Notes under the pieces: model-generated
The model's input: only the letters and a program-made list of their open reading frames with translations
What the model was told of the DNA's origin: nothing
Databases searched by the model: none
Translations under genes and position numbers: made by a program
In this document: positions 51,640 through 64,000 of the stretch, in pieces
How positions within the stretch are numbered: the stretch's first letter is position 1
Layout of the letters: each line of letters begins with the position of its first letter
NCBI GenBank assembly: GCA_951406725.2
Contig: OX597814.1
Location: 120,652,001-120,716,000, forward strand
Direction of reading: 5' to 3'
Length of the DNA: 64,000 nt
DNA from: Octopus vulgaris
Lineage: Eukaryota

Positions 51640-52576
51640 CTACCTTTTAGAAGAATAGATATCAAATATTAGAAACAAAAGATAGGCAATGACTTTGAGG
51701 CTTACTTAGCATCCGCACGCATCTGATGACGTAAGCAATCCGAATTAACTGTAAATATATAATAAGAGGATTATATCAATATTTTCACAACTTTATAAAT
51801 TCTTTATTTTATATTTACAGGGCAAAGACCTTTCCATTGTTTTGTAGTAGAGTGTGAGACAAAATATAGATTAACATTATGAACAGAATATCAATGGTGT
51901 GCGTTTGAAATTTTTGCTAGAATGTTGTAAATATGCAACATAGATTACATTCCCATAATATTCAGCTATCATTGCCATCTTACATAGTGCCTTCTGTCCT
52001 AGAATAGTTACTTACTACTACAAATCTTTCGGTTGTAAAATTGTGTATTCAATATTATAAAATATTCGAAATAATCAGACTGATGTCATCCTTCGCAAGG
52101 TATTTAATTAAGAACACTTTTATAATTCTGCATAACCGATAAAAGATCCAGTGTCAAGTATTATAACCCTGAATATTGATAGACATTCTAAGTACTATTA
52201 ACATGAAATTTCCTTTCGTCGCTCGCAGTATCTCAGATTGAGGAGATATATTCATTTATGATATTAAGGATGTACAGTGAAAAATATTGCGTCCTCTCAT
52301 TATCTTCCTCATAACGAAGCTGTTAAATCAATGACAGGTTTAAAGATTAGTTTCATGTTTGTTTCTATGACAACACATCTCAGTATATATTAACTGATGT
52401 TGGTAGTTCAAAATGATCAAATAGATAAGATAGAATTTATTCCATACCTCATTTATCAGATAAAATATTAATAAACACTTGCATATCAATGTTGTTTATA
52501 TTCATTGATAAATATCTGTACACAATTTCACGTAGGTACACGCACAAGCTTACGCACCTACATAAACACATATTTG

Positions 52577-52642
<66 letters not shown>

Positions 52643-53883
52643 AAGAGACAACGATACTAGATGGTGAGAGAGAGAGACGGATAGATATATAGATTGATAC
52701 GCATGTATGTGTGTGGATGTATGTATGTGTAAGTATATCGTAAAATATAATTATCAACTAGATGTGACGGTCCCACAGAGGACGATGTTACTGTTGTTTT
52801 TAGCACTAGGAGAAAATCTCCTCCAGCTTGCTAACGATACACTGTCTGTATCCGCTAAGTATTTGCGAGGGGAAATCATCGTTCCCATCTCTAGGTTTAC
52901 GTGAAAAACACAGACCCTGCTTTCTGAGTAGTAACCCGTCTGCAGTGTGTGATAATCACGAACTAGTGAGGAAAACTCACTTCACACGCAAAATGCTATA
53001 TACAAACTGTCGCTGATTCCGAAAAAGGAGAAATAAGCATTCTCTGTGCAAGAATTAAACAGTACCACACACACACACATACACACACACATACACACAC
53101 GCACACACACGTATATATATATATGGATCTCGAACATAGGGAGTGGATTATATAGAGACGCTGCTTTGTTCACAATACAAAACAGTAGCAACATATAAAT
53201 AGAAAGCTACAAGAAGAAACATTTTTTTAAATTCCTTAAAGACTTTGGATTGGAAACCGAAATAGAAACGAACCACAGAGTGGTAAAAGTCCTGGACAAA
53301 AAACTTAGTCTCATCGGTGGGAAGTTCGAACCGTTCCATCACCCAAATTGTCTAACCATCCGGAACATATACGTAAAAGCATCCAAGAAGAGTGTGTAGT
53401 AGAGTATCCAGACTATCCGCTGATGAAAGTATATTCGATATCCATGCAGAATATTACAACTCAGCACTACCTGGAGAGGGATATAATGATAGAATAGTAT
53501 ATAAACAGAATATGGCAGAGAAGGCACGATACCCATAGTATATTATTAATAGTGAAGATGAAGAACAGAAGCGTTATCTATAAATGCTTATCAATATAGT
53601 ATTTCATTATAGGGACAGCTCTTCTGTGAAACGATTGTAAGATGCTTTATATAATTAATTCAAAACATTTAAACTGTCACATACATTATATATTTATACT
53701 TATACATATTTACATATATCTTTATACATATTTATATGTATTTGTATATTTTTAATATAACAATTATTTTTCACACGTGTATATATTTTTGAGGAGATTT
53801 GATATTGATTTCCCAATATTAATAATAATATATTATTATAAAATATATATGTATATATATATGTATATATATATATGTATATA

Positions 53884-53966
<83 letters not shown>

Positions 53967-54300
53967 ATTCACTACTTTTTAGTAGAATAGATATCAAATA
54001 TAAGAAAAAATGATAGACAGGGACTTCGAAGATTACTTAGCTCCGCACGCATCTAATAACGTAAGCAATACGACGTCAACTGTTTCTTTGTGAATATATG
54101 TTAATAGGATTGCATGTTCACAACTTTATAAATTGTTCGCTTTACATTTATCTTTACAACTTTATAAATTCTTTACATTACATTTACAGAAAAAGAGATT
54201 TTCATTGGTTTATTGTAGTGTGTAACACACACTACAATAAACAAAATATCAATGGTGTGCATTTGCGATGTGTGCTAGTGTGTTGCAAATATGAAACATA
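51640..54300. repeat. Diverged ~300-bp direct repeat pair (51640-51945 and 53970-54300)
   Basis: Shared blocks GAATAGATATCAAATAT, TTACTTAGC..TCCGCACGCATCT..ACGTAAGCAAT, CACAACTTTATAAATT and AATATCAATGGTGTGC. Confidence 0.85.
53125..53530 (+). pseudogene. Decayed Naiad-like Penelope RT fragment
   Basis: GLYRDA (cf. GLYRDD), FGLETEIETN..V..LD..L.L..GKFEPF, SRVSRLSADESIFDIHAEYYNSAL..GY. Confidence 0.75.
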
Positions 54301-54325
54301 CGGGTCTATAACTAAAATATATATA

Positions 54326-54371
<46 letters not shown>

Positions 54372-54918
54372 TGTACGCATGTATGTATGTATATATTTAT
54401 GCATGTGTGTATGTATGTTTTATGTATATATGAAAATGTCCCTTCCAGTACGTCTCTCCTCCGCCTAGATATCCGATCTAAGTACATGATCAGAATTCCC
54501 TAATATTACTGAAACATTTTGGAATGTTTTGATGATCAAGATTAAGTAAACCAAATATTGTAGATGTGTACTTGCTCTCCATATCAAGTGTCAACATAGA
54601 ATATATAACTGTGAGAAACAGTAGCTGAATATCGTTCATAAGTGATCTGAAGCTCTTGGAATGAAGAGGAAGGAGAATCAGCAGTTAATCCTAAGCATGA
54701 AATGCTCATGTAAAAGCGGAATGGGTCATGTCTCGATCTCAACTGATCACAAGATTTCTCCATCTGCTTTGGGTGAAGATTTTCAATTACAGCAAGCAGA
54801 ACACTATTGGACATTATTATATTACTCATACAAACATACACTCACGCACACACATACACTTGCACACACACACTCACACACACACAAAAGGAGACGGAAA
54901 CACACGACTATATACAAT

Positions 54919-54975
<57 letters not shown>

Positions 54976-57613
54976 TAAAGACACATATGAAGACTTACAT
55001 CCATACATATATGCGTATATAATCACAAGCTCAAACACATAGATTTAGTCTATTTAGTCATTTTAACTTCCAGAAATTTTAAACTAAATATTTTTCCATT
55101 CTTGTTTCGAAAATCCTAACCATAACAACGTAATCCAAATTCCATTTGCCTTATGGGCATTTCTATAGTTTTGTATCTCTATTCATTACTCTACATTCGC
55201 AAATAGGTAGATACTGATTTTGATTTAGGTAATATATCTTTTCAGGATTTTGTAATGGCTTCTATATCATGAATCTTTTATTTCACTACAGAAACCAAGT
55301 TTTAACAAAATACACTATATTTCTAGTTTCTTGGAGTAATTGTTTTCCTACTACAACTATATATTTCTTTGTTTTGTTTTCTTTCGTTGTGTTCATGTAA
55401 TTACATCAGTTATATTATCTGTCCTTATCATTGCATTATATGGAAAAATAAGAAAGTATCATAGAAATTATATAGATTCTTATATATTATACGGCGTTAT
55501 TATATTTCAGAGATGCATTTGCCTTAGGGAAAAAAATGCACCTTGCAAACGTATATTGGATTTTGGATTTATATTGTAGCTAATAAGAATACTTTCTTCA
55601 AACATTTCTCACATGCACTCATCAAGTTAATTAATACAAAGCAAAAACGTTTCCTCAAAATTTTGATTTTCATAGTAATCACTGAAGGAGAATAAAAATT
55701 GATGTTTGCAATCACCCACAATCTAAATCGATGTAGATATGGAAAAGTTTCAACTTCTGTTGGGTTCACATATGCGAGGCGGAATAAAAGTCGATTATCA
55801 ATAATTGAGCAAAGCTGAAGTATCATTTTGAGCGATGGAGTAGAAGAGAAGAAATCATGATGTAGTTTTGGTCATATAAGGTTGAGGAGGTCATCATGAG
55901 TGGTAAACTGTGCTTATGATGCATAACACCTATGAGTTAAAGAATAATTTATGATGAATATATCCACTTAACTGTGTATTATGATCCACCTTTAAGCCAC
56001 AAGAGCAAACTCACAATATATACTACTTTTAAAAGTATCACGCACTTAAATTTGGTTAACTATAAATATGTATGTATGTGTTTGTGTACGTGCATGAGTG
56101 TATATATGTGTGTGTGTAATGTGTGTGCAAGGGAATTTGCTAATGTGTTTATGTACTTGCAACAGAATCTTTAAATATATGCATACTCACGGATACAAAC
56201 ACATACACTTACATACATTCAGCAAGGCATAAATATAAATTAAATAAAAGTTTGAACTCCTATACAGTATTCCCGTGTGAATATTTTAAATGTGTGAACA
56301 ATTGAATCAGGAAACTTGTGCAGATATTTTTTTAAAGCCTTGATGTTTGTAGAATATGTGATTAATGTTGTTTTTCGTGTTAATTGAAGTCGGGTTATTT
56401 TTCATTTAGTTACATTTCCATCAGTTACTATGAGAGTTTTCATAACTTATTGAACTCCATAAAAATATATTATTATAGTCTAGAGAGAGTGTCTAGAAAA
56501 ATAAGCTTACACTTGAGAGACTAATATATTTAACAGATCATCAGGAGTGTGCTGCTGTATATATTTTCTGTCGCACTTTGTCGGTTTTTTGGCGGGGTTG
56601 CAATTTGTAAGAAACCAACTTATTTTAATAATGTGTTTTTCAGTTTGTATAGCAATTTCTCAATTTCTCCTTACGAAACGCATTCGATTATTACTTTGAA
56701 AGTATAGTTTTTGTATCTGGAACGTACATTGTGGCACTTGTGTCAGATTTCGACGTTGCAATTCATTCTTTCGTGGTTGATAAATAAATTACTAATCGAG
56801 TACTGGAATCTACTTGGCAGCTTCCTTCACAAATTTCAGCCCTTCTACCTTATTTATAAGCCAATTCATTTTAGAAACCTATAAGGATTGGTGTACATAT
56901 ATATATGCCATCGGAAACAGAATGTTTTCTTCTCTGTTCATTAGCAAAACGATTTAAGAGTAACGTGTGTCTGAGAATTATATCCAAAGTGTGAAAAGCT
57001 TATATTTAAAAATATTCTAGTTTTGAAAAATTGTATTCTGATATAATAATTGCCATTTCTAAGGAAAAAATTTCTTTACTCTAAACGTAGAAACCTTAAG
57101 TTTTGTTGTATTGTTCACATTTGGAACACTCAAAACATTGTGAAATATATAGTATCATTCCCTTAGTTTTTTAAACATCTAAAATATGTAACCATAATCG
57201 GTACGGGGAATGTAAGTATGTGGTGTTCGCGTTTCCAAACTTTTATACCTGTAGCAAATTTCACATCTGCTGGAGGAGAAAGTTTGAACTTTCACCATAC
57301 ATGTACAACTTTGTGATACTCGTCAGTTTGTAAAACAATATCTTTTTTAAGTATAGTAGAGCATATTTCAAAAGAAAACGGCGGAAACTGCATAAGCATT
57401 TTTCTATAAACGCATACTACTGATCATTTTTATTTAGCGTGAATATTATCTAGTATTTGATGCATTGATATACTCAGGATTAAATATCATATGAAAAATA
57501 ATGTCTCCTTATACACCTGCATCTACAGTACGTATGAGTATATCTGTGTGTACATAGTTTGTATGTATTATGTATATAAATGTATGTAGATGAATGCATG
57601 CACTGACACAGAT

Positions 57614-57680
<67 letters not shown>

Positions 57681-57744
57681 GGCATATATATATTATTTTT
57701 ATACTTTCTAAATCTATCGCCATGATAGATCGATAGCCATAGCA

Positions 57745-57905
57745 CACATTTTTTCTGGCCTTGTTTCTTTCTGTGTTCCTTTCTGTAGAAGAGCGTAGGC
57801 TCGAAACGTTTAAGACTTTTTCAAATCCTGAGCGTTATACTAATACATCTGCTTGTTTTCCACACCACCTGTCTTCCTTTTGTCTTTTTCCTGAATTTTC
57901 CCTAT
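57745..57905 (+). mobile_element. Solo PLE terminal fragment with A6U hammerhead-like motif (57779-57814)
   Basis: CUUU-CUGUAGA-A-GAGC(GUAG)GCUC-GAAAC-GUU-UAAG, then CCTGAGCG and TACTAATACA; colinear with 26410-26590. Confidence 0.7.
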
Positions 57906-57913
57906 ACACACAC

Positions 57914-57975
<62 letters not shown>

Positions 57976-58022
57976 AGTCACACATACGTATATATGTATA
58001 TCCATATCTATCTATGTAACTC

Positions 58023-58063
<41 letters not shown>

Positions 58064-59927
58064 ATATATATATATAAAGAGAGAGAATAGAGAGAGAGAG
58101 AGAGAGTGAGAAAGAGAGAGAGATGATCATATATATAACCAAATTTTATTTAATCTCCTAAGTACATATTTTATGAACGTGTGCTAAATGTGTATGCCTG
58201 CAATTTTATAAACCATTCCATTTCTCATGTGTATATACAATATAATCATAGAAAATATAAAGATATTTTATCAGTAATGGCATCAACAAAATGCTGTACA
58301 TTTGGCAGTATATTCATATAAAAGTCATGAAACATCTTTTAAAATTAATAACAAGTTCGTATTTTAATTACAATTGAATTACCATGGCATTAATCTTCCA
58401 ATTGCTTCACAAGTAATAATTTAATATACACTAGTTGTCTACTGCCTGAATAATACACAAAAGATTATGAAATTAGCGGTTCGAAAGGCAAAATAAAAGA
58501 AGAAAAAATGTGTAGTAGCTGCAACGATTTTACTGTTTATCGTTTGTAAATGCGAGCTTGTCTGTGCTACTTTAATCAAATTATTGATAAACAACCTAAT
58601 ATGATATATAAATTGTAGTAAATAAGCTGGCATTAGAAGTTTCTACGATATTTACTGTCTGCATATTTGCCAAAATGGTAGTTGCAACTCTGCTTCTGCT
58701 TTGGTGCATCGCTAGATAAATCAACTGTGATAAATGAGCCATTTATTTTCTCGTCCGTTTAACACCTATAAACAAGACGTTGCTGCAGATCTAATGAATC
58801 ATAAATAGTTCTACAAAGTGAAGATATTTCAACGCGTAGAGAACAATGGTCAAATTTTTAAACGATATGGAATAAAATCAAAAATTTGAAATGCAACAAT
58901 AATGGGACCTACAGAGTTAAAATTAATACAATATATATATATATGTTCGGCTGCTCTGCATTGATAAGGGCCAAATACCCTGTAACTAATCTGCAGATGC
59001 CTGACCAGCAATGGGAAGCGGCTGACAAACCCTGTTCGAAGGTTATAATGGACACAGGTTCGTGTGGTGTCACATAGATAGCTAGAGGCTATGGCCTCTT
59101 ACAGCTAATCAACAGTAGCATTCGTTCTATATATCTGGACTGCCATATTAGCTTGGCGATAACTATTCGTATCCAGTCCCCCTGCCGTAGTCTCTTTGAG
59201 AGAGACTTAGAAATATTAATATTTTTATATGTTGAAATAGCTATTGGATTATGAATGTTGCTTTTATTTCTCCGAATAGTTTGAACAATGACCATCGGTC
59301 AGCTGTTTGTCTTTATTTTGGTATCTAAAATGTGTGAAGGCATAAAAATTTGGGTGGCGTTATAATCAGGTTTTTCCAGTGCAGTAAAGATTTTTATACT
59401 AATCAAATTAATAAACTAGTCCGTTCATATAAGAAACTCCTCAGATGTATATTTTGAAAATACGAGAGAGCAAGTACTGGTTTAAAACTTTTCAAACAAA
59501 TTAATTATAACAACAGGAAATACATTGTCGCAAGAAATGGGAAAACTATATGTCGTGAAGAATATATAAGTGTGATATGCAGCATAAGAATTTGTAGATA
59601 TCACAATAATGCTGACCTTCGATTTCTGAATGATAACATGTTTTTTCATTGTATTCAAATACCTCAGGTTTCATTTTGGTCGATCTATTTTGATTCGTGC
59701 ATATATTCATTTTTGTGGTAATTGTGAGATCATGGATATTTTACCGTTCATAATGCGAAATTAGCTAAATAATTTCACGGAAGGCTTTAAGGCCAATCAC
59801 CTTGAATTGGAGGTGTCTGTTCCTCGTGTATTTTTTCTTGTAATATCATTGATAATGTTTGGTGTGATGAGTTGTGCAACATTTTCATTGTTATCTAATC
59901 GAGAGATTTGTGCCGTCTGTCTTTGTT

Positions 59928-60060
59928 AATAACTTCCTTTTTCTTCTGTCTAAGCTCTTTAGTTCGTCTACTGTCCATGAAATTACCCCTGCTCCATATG
60001 TAAGGACTGAAATCACCCAGGTGTTGATAGCTTCGATCTTATTCCGTCCGTTTTATGTCG
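59928..60060 (-). pseudogene. R4/Dong-like RT thumb fragment
   Basis: NGRNKIEAINTWVISVLTYGAGVISWTVDELKSLDRRKRKLLT; the 5' junction abuts (TAA)n at 60063-60190. Confidence 0.8.
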
Positions 60061-60069
60061 TGTTATTAA

Positions 60070-60121
<52 letters not shown>

Positions 60122-60129
60122 GTTATTAA

Positions 60130-60190
<61 letters not shown>

Positions 60191-60479
60191 GTGTTTCACT
60201 TTTTTCAATTTTGTTTCCATTTCTTGACGAGTGTCTGCTCGACTCCTACAACAATGTAAATAGATATACACAATAGAAGTCCATTTAAATAAAGACACCA
60301 GATTTTTCGGTTACATAGTCAGGTTATGTGACAGAAAAAAGGAAAAGGAAAAGTAAAAATGAAAGGTAAAAGGAAAACGATAAAAAGAAGGAAAGGAAAA
60401 AAGAAAATAATTCGTAGCGATAGTGTTTACTGCGACAACGCTCTTGTCAATACGTGTGACGTACCAGTTAAGACAATCG

Positions 60480-63400
60480 CTTACACGACCTGTATGGATC
60501 ATTCCGAAATAATTTTCTGTTCCTTTTTGGATCATGCCAAGACTCCCTGCAATTATTAGTATTGTAAACGTCTTGACATACTACGTATTTCAATTTCTGT
60601 CAGCAAACCTTTATATTTTTCGGGCCACTCAAATTCTTTTGCAGAGATATTATGATCAGTGTGCATGTTAATCAATAAACAGATTTTATTGGCTTGGTCT
60701 TCCACTGCAATATCCGGTTTACCAGCTTTGATGGTTTTATCTGCATGTACTGGAAACTCCCAAAGAATTGTTAGATTTTCCCCTCGGTTACAGTAGCAGG
60801 AACATGTTTATAGTATTTGGCAACAGTTTTCAATTTATGCCGACACATTAACCAGAGTAGTTACTGACCAAAGCTGTCATGCCTTAATTTATATTCTACA
60901 GGTTCTAAAACTTTACATCCAGATATTAGATGTTCCACTGTTCCACTCTCATCGTTGCAGAAGCGGCAATTTGGGTCTACCCCATATTTCATCACATTGG
61001 CTTAGTAGTTTCGGGACAATAACTTTTGATCTTCAGCAGCTAAGATGGAAATTTCGCTCTGTCCATTTAGCCTTAATCTCTGTAGCGTCTGATGAGAGTG
61101 ATTCTAGTTAAATATTTGCCACTAATGAATATGCTACGGATAACGTATTTGCCATGCAGAGGTTCCTGCTCCCGCCTATCAGCCCGTTACTCATAAGAAT
61201 TTTCTGCCTTGCAATTGATTTCACATTCTTTACCACAACTGTTGCCGCACTTCCATCATGCAATTCAAGCTCTAGATTATGAATAAAATCAGTAGCATTT
61301 TTGCTCCTTTTTGCTCTCCGTTAGGACAGAATGAAGCTTCTTAAGCCTCTCGTGATTTTTATCGAGGTTTAACATGGAGGCATTAGATGTTTCAATATAT
61401 TTGGCCAGTCCATTTGAGATGGATTCGTATTCGTAAGAGATTTGAAATCGGATCAAGCCTCGACCTCGTCGGGCGCTGGCAAGATAAAGAAGATCCGCGT
61501 TTGCGTTTGCCTTTTGGTATTGCATCTTATCTCATATCAGCAGCTTATGTATTACGCTATCAATTTTCTTTATTTTACTGACATTCCAGTTCAATATGTT
61601 GGTGCTATAAATAACAACTAGAAGCGCTAAGGGATTTATAGCTAACATCTCGTTATATGCAGTTAGCTCAGATTTGAAGACTGCTCGAAATCTCCTGTAA
61701 CATTCCTTTCTTATGTTCTCTTTAATGTTTGCATACTGAATGCCAGGACTTTCATTTATTCTCAGGAATTTGTAAGTTAGTTCCTGCTCTAGTTCTTTTT
61801 ATCCTTGTGCAATCATCTAACGCGACTGAATTTAAAATCTTCAATTTATCTTTCTGAGTCGTGGCCTTGGTAGATTTATCAACACTAAGCTCTATCCCGA
61901 TGTCCTCAAAGAAATCTTTCACAATACATAATGGCCTTGAAACTCATCGTTGTCTTTGCATCAGTGTTTGAAGTCACTTATCTATAAAACATATGTCTTA
62001 TTTTCTTATTGGCAACTTTATACACGTACCCTGTTCTGTTAAGCTTTCATGAGAGAGTATTAGAGGTATGCATAAAATTAGAGGCGCAAGTGAATCACCT
62101 TAGAAAATGTAATAGATGATGTTGATCTTATTTGAAGTCAATATTCCATTAGAGTAGAATAATTGGGATTCGTATTCCACAATGACATGTAATGTTTCAA
62201 GAAGTATGAAATTACACCAGGAATTTTGAAGATGTCCATCGATTTCAAGATGTATGAATGCGGTATGCTGTGAAAGGTTTACTTTTATAATCAGTCCATG
62301 AAGAACTGGGATTTCTGCGTTTGTTATTACAGTCTCAAGGATCATGCGATTAACTGAGTTGATCTTAGCATCCACATGAGCCTCGTCAGCACCCTTTTTG
62401 TTCTGTAGGAAAAATAATTTTCTGTTCCATAAATGCATCGTATTTTTCCACGAGGATGTTTTTTAAACATTTTTAAGTTGTAGATACTCCTATTATGGGT
62501 TGATTATTTTTGGAACATTGGTTTCATTACCATTCGCTAATCTATCAGGTGTTTCCTTAGGATCTCTCATAATTTCATTGAACAGCTGAAATAAATTTTC
62601 GTTTGCGCAGAGGAACGAGGCGAGCCAGAAATCTTTTCATCTTATCTTTATCGGGAGATTTCCATTCGTGAGCCTTCCTGGGTGTCATTCGTGAGTCTGC
62701 TATTATAATATCTTCCTATGCTTCATCTTGTAAATTTACGCTGGATTCTTCTGTGCGTCTAATCCAATATGAATTTCCATTGTATGTCTTCTCATCACTA
62801 CAAATAATTTTTCAAAGGTTTTCAACTTCTTCCATGAGAGGTGGTGTCTTTAACGGTTATTTTCTCCCTGATTCTAGTAGAATGTTTTCGAATTGGATGT
62901 AAACAGCTTATTTTGTTTGTAAAATTTGTTTCTCTATTCAAATATTCGTGTTATGTTACCTTTTGCATGGAATACTCTTTTACTTTTGTTCACTTCAGCG
63001 TTAAATTTCTTGAAAGCGATTCTTCTCTTGATAAGAATCTATATATTTTCTTCTTCCCCTTTCTTTTCGGGATCTTATATCGTTCCCACACATAACTTCA
63101 TTTGGTTTTCCTTGTTTTCTTTGAAGCTTACAGCTGGTTTTAATTACCTTAGTAGATGCGTAAATAACTTCATTTAATTGTAAGATCAGGTTTTAAGTCT
63201 TGTATGAATTTTTTCTTTTGCTACATAGTTGCAACTGTTAATTTGCTTTTTATTTTGGCTAGTATTTAAGAGGTTGTGAAGTGATTCTCTATCAGGTGTA
63301 CTTGTTTGTTCTACTACTACAATCTAAGCTTATTCACAATTTTCTACTTAATTTCTATCATAGAGTCTCTGTGTTCTTCAGCTAATGTTCGGTCTTCAAA

Positions 63401-63900
63401 TACTGTTAATTTACCCCTTTCATGGCTATATTTATGAGGTTCGCTACAGCTACTTATTTTTCAGGCGTTTGCGTGATTTGGTCAGATGACAATCTTTCAA
63501 TTCAAGCCCGGGGTGGGCTATTCTCTTCATCTTATTCTTTCTTTCTTTCCTGTCTTACATCCAGGTAATTTTCATTTGAGAATTTGATCGTGATTATTTC
63601 ACTGTTTATGTCAATGGCTGACTTTTAGATCCCGGGCTAGTTCTCTAATACGGGACCCGCTTCGAGATAGGACAAGCAATTTGGTGTACTGTTTTAAATT
63701 TTCCTTTTTTTTCGTGACATTTTTCTACCACATTAATATTGCTAGTATTCAGTCATGTGTGGCTTAAGTAGAAGCGGTTATTAATATCTCTAATCTTTTC
63801 GTCACCTGAGCCATTATTAACGTTACAATTACCACTAGCATACCATTGCAACAGTGGTGTTTGTCGTTGATTTCCGCCGTCTCTGTCCTTGCGGCCAACT
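60480..63900 (-). pseudogene. Heavily decayed near-full-length R4/Dong-like LINE
   Basis: GDSLAPL (~62080), DIGIELSVDK, YKFL, LYLASARRGRGL, LHGKY, ILAAEDQ, CRFCNDESGTVEHLISGC, RHD, ILWEFPVHADKTIKAGKPDI; many stops. The 5' boundary is uncertain. Confidence 0.8.
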
Positions 63901-64000
63901 TTTGTGTTTATGACAGCAGTGTAACCTTAACTACCGTAGTTATGAGCGCTGCCGGGGACATGCAGAATTAAACTGAGCCTCCCTGCTTTGCTTTTCCCAG

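Noticed and set aside
53419-53450. CTGATGAA motif
   Set aside because: It is coding sequence of the PLE RT remnant (SADES) and has no downstream GAAA or stems.

Overview
AT-rich, microsatellite-dense eukaryotic DNA. The repeat content (Nin/Deu-domain-type SINEs, R4/Dong, CR1-like and Penelope-like elements) suggests a coleoid cephalopod, probably Octopus; this is an inference. No host protein-coding gene can be confidently called, and almost all ORFs in the track are microsatellite read-throughs. The best-preserved element is a 5'-truncated CR1-like LINE on the minus strand (13.9-17.5 kb) with a tandem-CCCH ORF1 and a 974-aa APE+RT ORF2. Also present are a decayed relative on the plus strand, four R4/Dong-type RLE-LINE pieces (two of them abutting (TAA)n tracts), Penelope-like (PLE) coding remnants of two types, RTE ends, SINEs, a non-autonomous Helitron, a mariner fossil and a ~0.9-kb long-TIR foldback element. 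The most interesting signal is RNA-structural. At least six hammerhead-ribozyme (HHR)-like motifs occur, five with recurrent non-canonical cores (U4C or A6U, four with an extra A). One canonical-core HHR sits at the apex of a ~135-nt rod followed by four hairpins (41237-41484, retrozyme-like). All structures were derived by eye, not by folding software or database search.
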